From Ruminococcus sp. (GTDB lineage Bacteria > Bacillota > Clostridia > Oscillospirales > Acutalibacteraceae), in assembly GCA_045535605.1 (NCBI GenBank), contig JAZSLX010000050.1, positions 1 to 62,610 of the forward strand: a stretch of 62,610 bases of DNA, read 5' to 3'. Under the pieces are notes generated by a model, which had not been told where the DNA came from, searched no databases, and saw only the letters and a list, made by a program, of their open reading frames with translations. The translations under genes and the position numbers were made by a program. The first letter of the stretch is position 1; every line of letters starts with the position of its first letter. Shown here piece after piece: positions 58,153-62,610 of this stretch.

Positions 58153-58869
58153 ATGGCAAAGAAAAACAGAATAATTTTTTGCGATGCTCCACGCAGGTTT
58201 GTACGGGTTGTTGCGATGCTTGTTGCACTGCTGACAGTTTGTATGTTTCTTGCAGGCTGTGACGGCATTGGCGGTACGGAGGACACAAAGTCTTACTATG
58301 GAGAGCCTGTGACAGAGTACACGGCTAGCTCTGCTGATTTGTATTGTTTGGAGATTAACCGTTACAGCGGACCTTTTGTAGAGGACGGGCAAAACGAACA
58401 GGTTGAGAATGTTGCCGCAATTTTAGTGGAGAACCGCTCAAAGCAGTATCTGGACTATGCCAAAGTAACCTACTATGTAGCAGGCAAGATTGCAACCTTC
58501 AATGTTACGGGGCTTCCTCCGGGAGGGAAAGCCTGGGTGCTGGAAGCAGAGAAGATGCAGATTGAGGGTACTCCATCCTTTGAGTTCCTTGATTGCGAGA
58601 GTACATTCCGTAAAGACGCGGTGATGACCACAGACCTTATCGGCGTTGCAACACAGGATAACGTGCTCACGGTTACAAACAAATCAGATGAAACTCTCGA
58701 AAATGTTTGTGTATACTATAAAAATGTAAACTCCGATGGGAACTACCTGGGCGGTATTACATATATGATAGGCTTTGATACTCTTGAAGCAGGAAAGTCT
58801 GCGCAGAGAGAATCGGCGCATTTTGGAGAAAATTCACGGATTGTACGCTACAGCTTTCAGACGCAGTAG
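58153..58869 (+). CDS. Putative lipoprotein of unknown function
   Basis: Hydrophobic stretch ending in lipobox LAGC; two beta-rich repeats (VENRSKQYL / VTNKSDETL). Confidence 0.75.
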   Translation: MAKKNRIIFCDAPRRFVRVVAMLVALLTVCMFLAGCDGIGGTEDTKSYYGEPVTEYTASSADLYCLEINRYSGPFVEDGQNEQVENVAAILVENRSKQYLDYAKVTYYVAGKIATFNVTGLPPGGKAWVLEAEKMQIEGTPSFEFLDCESTFRKDAVMTTDLIGVATQDNVLTVTNKSDETLENVCVYYKNVNSDGNYLGGITYMIGFDTLEAGKSAQRESAHFGENSRIVRYSFQTQ

Positions 58870-58981
58870 CAGATGAAATCCAAAGACAATTTATTATATA
58901 TACATCATATATAGTATTTACATAGATTTCAGATTCCAAATGGCAACATCGGAAGTTGTCGAATCGAAAGGAGTAAGAGTT

Positions 58982-61900
58982 ATGAAAAAGTTAAACTTGG
59001 GCAAACGTCTGGCTACCCTGGTGCTTGTCTTGATTATGGTTGCTACGCTTATACCCACAAGCGTATTTGCGGCAGCGATAGGTGATATCGGTGTAGGTAT
59101 CTACGCCGGTGACACGGGCATCGACGAAAGCACCCTTAACCAAAACGGTACTATCAACTGGCCTATAAAGGTTTATGACTATTTGTCGGACGGTATGCTG
59201 TTTGAATATGCACAGTATGGCGGTACGACTTTGTATTCCGGATATCAGACTACAAATGCGGATTCCGGTGGTGGTCAGTATGCTTGGGGCGAGCCTATGC
59301 CCTTTGCACCATACTGTACCGACTATACCACAGAGCAGGCATATAATACCTATAACCATAACAGTATGTATAATGCCAGCACAGGTATAGGTCAAAGATA
59401 TACAAGAGCCAAACATATGGCGGTAAATTACCAGAGTCCAAGTTACCTCCGTGTTTCGTTAAAAGCTACTTATGCAGCCGGCTCTACATATGGTCGTAAC
59501 TATCCGGTTTCAAGTTTTGGTAATGATGTCACAGCAGGTGGTCTTGCATGCTCTACCATAAGATATATGGTTATGGTATATCGTTCCAACGGTATCAGCG
59601 GAAGTGCAGATGCTTTCGAGGCTGGCGTACAGGTTTCTGGCGGCAATTATTGGAGAAAAGCATTTTCTTGGGGTAACTCACCTAATGCTTGGGCATATAA
59701 GATTATCGACCTTAAAGAAATAAACTCTGCCATAGGCGATTCAACAAAAATCGATTCAGTGTATCTTACCGTTAACGTAAACAATATGAACTGGTATCTT
59801 GACCTTTCTCATGTTGGTTACTTTAACAACAAGGACGATGCTTACACTTTTTCACAGAATGCTATAAAGTTCAACAATAACCCCGGCCAGTTCCTGGGCG
59901 GTACACAGTGGAACTCTGCCAATAACACAGCTTTCGGTATGCTTTATGCTACCAACGGCGGCGAACACAACGGCAACCGTTACGGCGGTAACCCCACCAC
60001 ATCCACACTGGGCGGTCAGCACGCAGGCTATTATACACACCAGATTGGTTACACTATTCCCGAATACTATAGCAGTGCGTCTTCATATAATGCAGCCCGT
60101 AAAACCGGTAAGGATGCTAACGGCAGATTTAACGGTACAGGTAGTGAGATTGGTGCTTCAAATAATATATACTTTATTACCAATACCTATGCCACTTCTT
60201 CAGGTTATCAGACTAAGTACCCCGGTGCCACAGGCTTTGATATGTCAGAGCTAAAGTTTGACGGTTACAACCTTCTGACAAACGCCACAAAGGGTGTTTG
60301 GACAGCGGGTCTTCTTGAGGGTAAGCTTAATGCTGACGGTACTCCCGAGTACAGACAGGAGACTGTTGAGTATATTGCTGACCTTCTTAGCAAAACTCTT
60401 ACAATTCCCGCAAAGGGCACAAACGGCAACTACAACTACTCACACATCAGAGGTGTAAGAAATGCAGCGCAGTTTGGTACAACCAGTGATGGTACTGCAA
60501 ATGACCTTGCGCAGGCTCTGCGTGACCGCCTTGGTATTACCTTTACATCAGGCGCAAGCAGAGGCACAACACCTAGGATGGGTAACTATGCCGAAACACT
60601 GGCAAAGGCTGACAAGCTCAAGGGTGCATACCTGAGTGCTGCTCCCAACATTTCAACCTGTATGGATGCAGCTTATTATCTGCTTCATAATCTGTTTGTA
60701 GATGATTCCTACAACCAGACACAGAACGACTTCCGATATCTTACACTTTCCAGTGCAAAGCTTGATAACGGCAGGGATGCTTATGTATTTGACGGTGGTT
60801 TCTCCAACGGTGCGTCTCTTGCTGACCTTACATCAGGTAAAATTAATCAGGATGAGTATAAGAAACAGGCACAGTCTGCTGTTGAATATAACAGCTACCA
60901 TTTGGGTCTTGGCGGTAACATCGCTCTTGAAAAAGTAGATGAAAAAGACCTTTACCACTATTCAGCTAATGCCGTAACAACCAGATTCCCCTTCCTTCCT
61001 GTTGTAAACTCTGAGGGTGCTTATGCCGGTCAGACACAATCCTACTACTTTGCAGAAGACGGCAAGCGCAACTTTGAGATAGAAGGTGGCACATACTACG
61101 GCAGAAACTATAACTACACACTTGCCTCTAACGGTGAGTTCGTTTACTCTGAGGACGACGATCTCTTCTTCGAATTCGAAGGAGACGACGACGTTTACAT
61201 GTTCCTTAACGGCGAGCTGGTGCTTGACCTTGGCGGCGGTCACTCTATTTCTACCTGTTCACTTAATGTTAATGACTACGTTAAGTGGGCAAGAACAGTT
61301 CTTGAAAATCCTTCAGAATACTCAGAAAGAGAAGTTGAGCGTGCAAGAGCTCTTAACTTTGAAGACGGCGAGATTGTTTCCTTCGACTTCTACTACATGG
61401 AGCGTCACGGCTACGGTGCAAACTGTCGTATTGTTACAAATATGCACATCACCGACCCTAGCCTGCGTGTAGAGAAAGAGGCTTTCCAGAACGGTAAGGA
61501 AATCGACTACGGCGGAATCGTAGACGGTGCAACTCCCATTGCTTATAAGTTCAACTTTACAAACTCAGGTAACACAAAGCTTTATAATATTACATTTGAT
61601 GACTCAGACATCGGTGTTACACTCACACCTGAAAATGGTCTTGTTGTAAAGGGTGACAACACACCGGATAACGCGAATGACGACATAAACGGTTACATTG
61701 TCACAGACGCACGATTGGGACGCTTGGAAGCAAGCGACCTGCTTGCAAGAGTTAAGGGCTACAAGGATGTAGGCTCAGGCGGTGACTATAGCCTTGCAGG
61801 CAGAGAATACACCAAGGTTGAAGCAGGTACAGGTCGTTACCAGTATACTGAAGCAACAGTAACCTTTGCGGATAACGATGCTCTTAAGGCCTTCCTTAGG

Positions 61901-62610
61901 ACTCTTGATTCAAATGTTACAGATAACGAGACAGTTGATGACGAGCAGACCCGTCGCGGCTCAGGTCTTTGGGTTGATGCTACCCTTGAAATTGAGGGTA
62001 TCTACTACACAATGACTAATGATCAGAGAGATGCAGGTGCTTTCAACAACACAGTTTATGTAACAGGTACTAACAAGGCGGATAAGACTTTACCAGGCGT
62101 TGAGACTCTGCGAAGCAACGACAACCACCGTGTATATATCACAGCTATCCCCTCCTACTATCAGTGGAAGGATAACGAGCTTTTCATTGCTGAGGAGAGA
62201 ATTCTTGAGGATGCTACAAGGGAGTCAGGTAATGTAAATAGCTTGCTTAATGAGTATAAGGACTTCTTTACAGCAGTTCAGCAGTCAGGTAAAGGAACAG
62301 GTGCTATTTATACAGCTTTCTGTGATAAGAATGGTATTAAGTACCCCGACTACACAACAGCCTATGAGCATGTAAAAGCCGCTGAGGATAAGAATGGATT
62401 ATGGGGCTTTACAGCTAATTATGACACTACAGGCATCCACGAGTTCTATTTGTTGATGTATAAAAACGCCAGTGCGTTCCCCGGTGAAACAGTAACCGGT
62501 GATATTACAACAATGAAGCCCGGTCAGTATGCTATTGTCCGTGTACTTATCATTGTTTCTGATGTTGAGGATGTAACATACGTTCTTGACTACGGCCTCA
62601 AGACAGAGAA
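58982..62610 (+). CDS. Large secreted fibro-slime (PA14-related) domain protein, 3'-truncated by window (not in ORF track)
   Basis: RBS AAGGAG; MKKLNLGKRLATLVLVLIMVATLIPTSVFA; same frame gives FEFEGDDDVYMFLNGELVLDLGGGH (~61170) and FDFYYMERHGYGANC; no stop noticed before window end. Confidence 0.85.
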   Translation, partial: MKKLNLGKRLATLVLVLIMVATLIPTSVFAAAIGDIGVGIYAGDTGIDESTLNQNGTINWPIKVYDYLSDGMLFEYAQYGGTTLYSGYQTTNADSGGGQYAWGEPMPFAPYCTDYTTEQAYNTYNHNSMYNASTGIGQRYTRAKHMAVNYQSPSYLRVSLKATYAAGSTYGRNYPVSSFGNDVTAGGLACSTIRYMVMVYRSNGISGSADAFEAGVQVSGGNYWRKAFSWGNSPNAWAYKIIDLKEINSAIGDSTKIDSVYLTVNVNNMNWYLDLSHVGYFNNKDDAYTFSQNAIKFNNNPGQFLGGTQWNSANNTAFGMLYATNGGEHNGNRYGGNPTTSTLGGQHAGYYTHQIGYTIPEYYSSASSYNAARKTGKDANGRFNGTGSEIGASNNIYFITNTYATSSGYQTKYPGATGFDMSELKFDGYNLLTNATKGVWTAGLLEGKLNADGTPEYRQETVEYIADLLSKTLTIPAKGTNGNYNYSHIRGVRNAAQFGTTSDGTANDLAQALRDRLGITFTSGASRGTTPRMGNYAETLAKADKLKGAYLSAAPNISTCMDAAYYLLHNLFVDDSYNQTQNDFRYLTLSSAKLDNGRDAYVFDGGFSNGASLADLTSGKINQDEYKKQAQSAVEYNSYHLGLGGNIALEKVDEKDLYHYSANAVTTRFPFLPVVNSEGAYAGQTQSYYFAEDGKRNFEIEGGTYYGRNYNYTLASNGEFVYSEDDDLFFEFEGDDDVYMFLNGELVLDLGGGHSISTCSLNVNDYVKWARTVLENPSEYSEREVERARALNFEDGEIVSFDFYYMERHGYGANCRIVTNMHITDPSLRVEKEAFQNGKEIDYGGIVDGATPIAYKFNFTNSGNTKLYNITFDDSDIGVTLTPENGLVVKGDNTPDNANDDINGYIVTDARLGRLEASDLLARVKGYKDVGSGGDYSLAGREYTKVEAGTGRYQYTEATVTFADNDALKAFLRTLDSNVTDNETVDDEQTRRGSGLWVDATLEIEGIYYTMTNDQRDAGAFNNTVYVTGTNKADKTLPGVETLRSNDNHRVYITAIPSYYQWKDNELFIAEERILEDATRESGNVNSLLNEYKDFFTAVQQSGKGTGAIYTAFCDKNGIKYPDYTTAYEHVKAAEDKNGLWGFTANYDTTGIHEFYLLMYKNASAFPGETVTGDITTMKPGQYAIVRVLIIVSDVEDVTYVLDYGLKTE

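Noticed and set aside
58991-61472. Short ORFs listed in the last 3.6 kb
   Set aside because: Alternative frames of the single long CDS starting at 58982

Overview
Chromosomal segment of an anaerobic gut or rumen Firmicute, probably a Ruminococcus bromii-like Oscillospiraceae. That placement is inferred from the repeated 'IKDATAIQK' dockerin signature, a CBM26-like module and cohesin-like domains. Housekeeping content: the 5' end of hrcA with a perfect CIRCE, rpsT, rnfCDGEAB, an ABC/GldG-like operon, valS, nth, trpS, DegV, MBOAT/DHHW O-acyltransfer genes, an oxidative-stress cluster (Crp/Fnr, 4Fe-4S protein, flavodiiron protein, superoxide reductase), a bile-salt hydrolase and a MATE. Two candidate new systems stand out. 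(1) 45.8-62.6 kb: an RRE(PqqD)-precursor-HPrK-like kinase-radical SAM/SPASM operon. It lies convergent to an operon encoding a nucleotidyltransferase, an Ig-like protein, two complementary Wzz/BY-kinases, an S26 peptidase and a PHP phosphatase, and divergent from a lipoprotein and a >1200-aa secreted fibro-slime protein absent from the ORF track. There is no lasso cyclase and no glycosyltransferase, Wzx or Wzy in view. (2) 32.3-34.9 kb: an ECF sigma factor whose anti-sigma-like partner displays two cohesin-like domains, followed by a dockerin-helix mini-ORF, in a window with four dockerin proteins. No rRNA, tRNA, CRISPR array or intact transposase was recognised. All family calls come from motif recognition by eye, not database searches.
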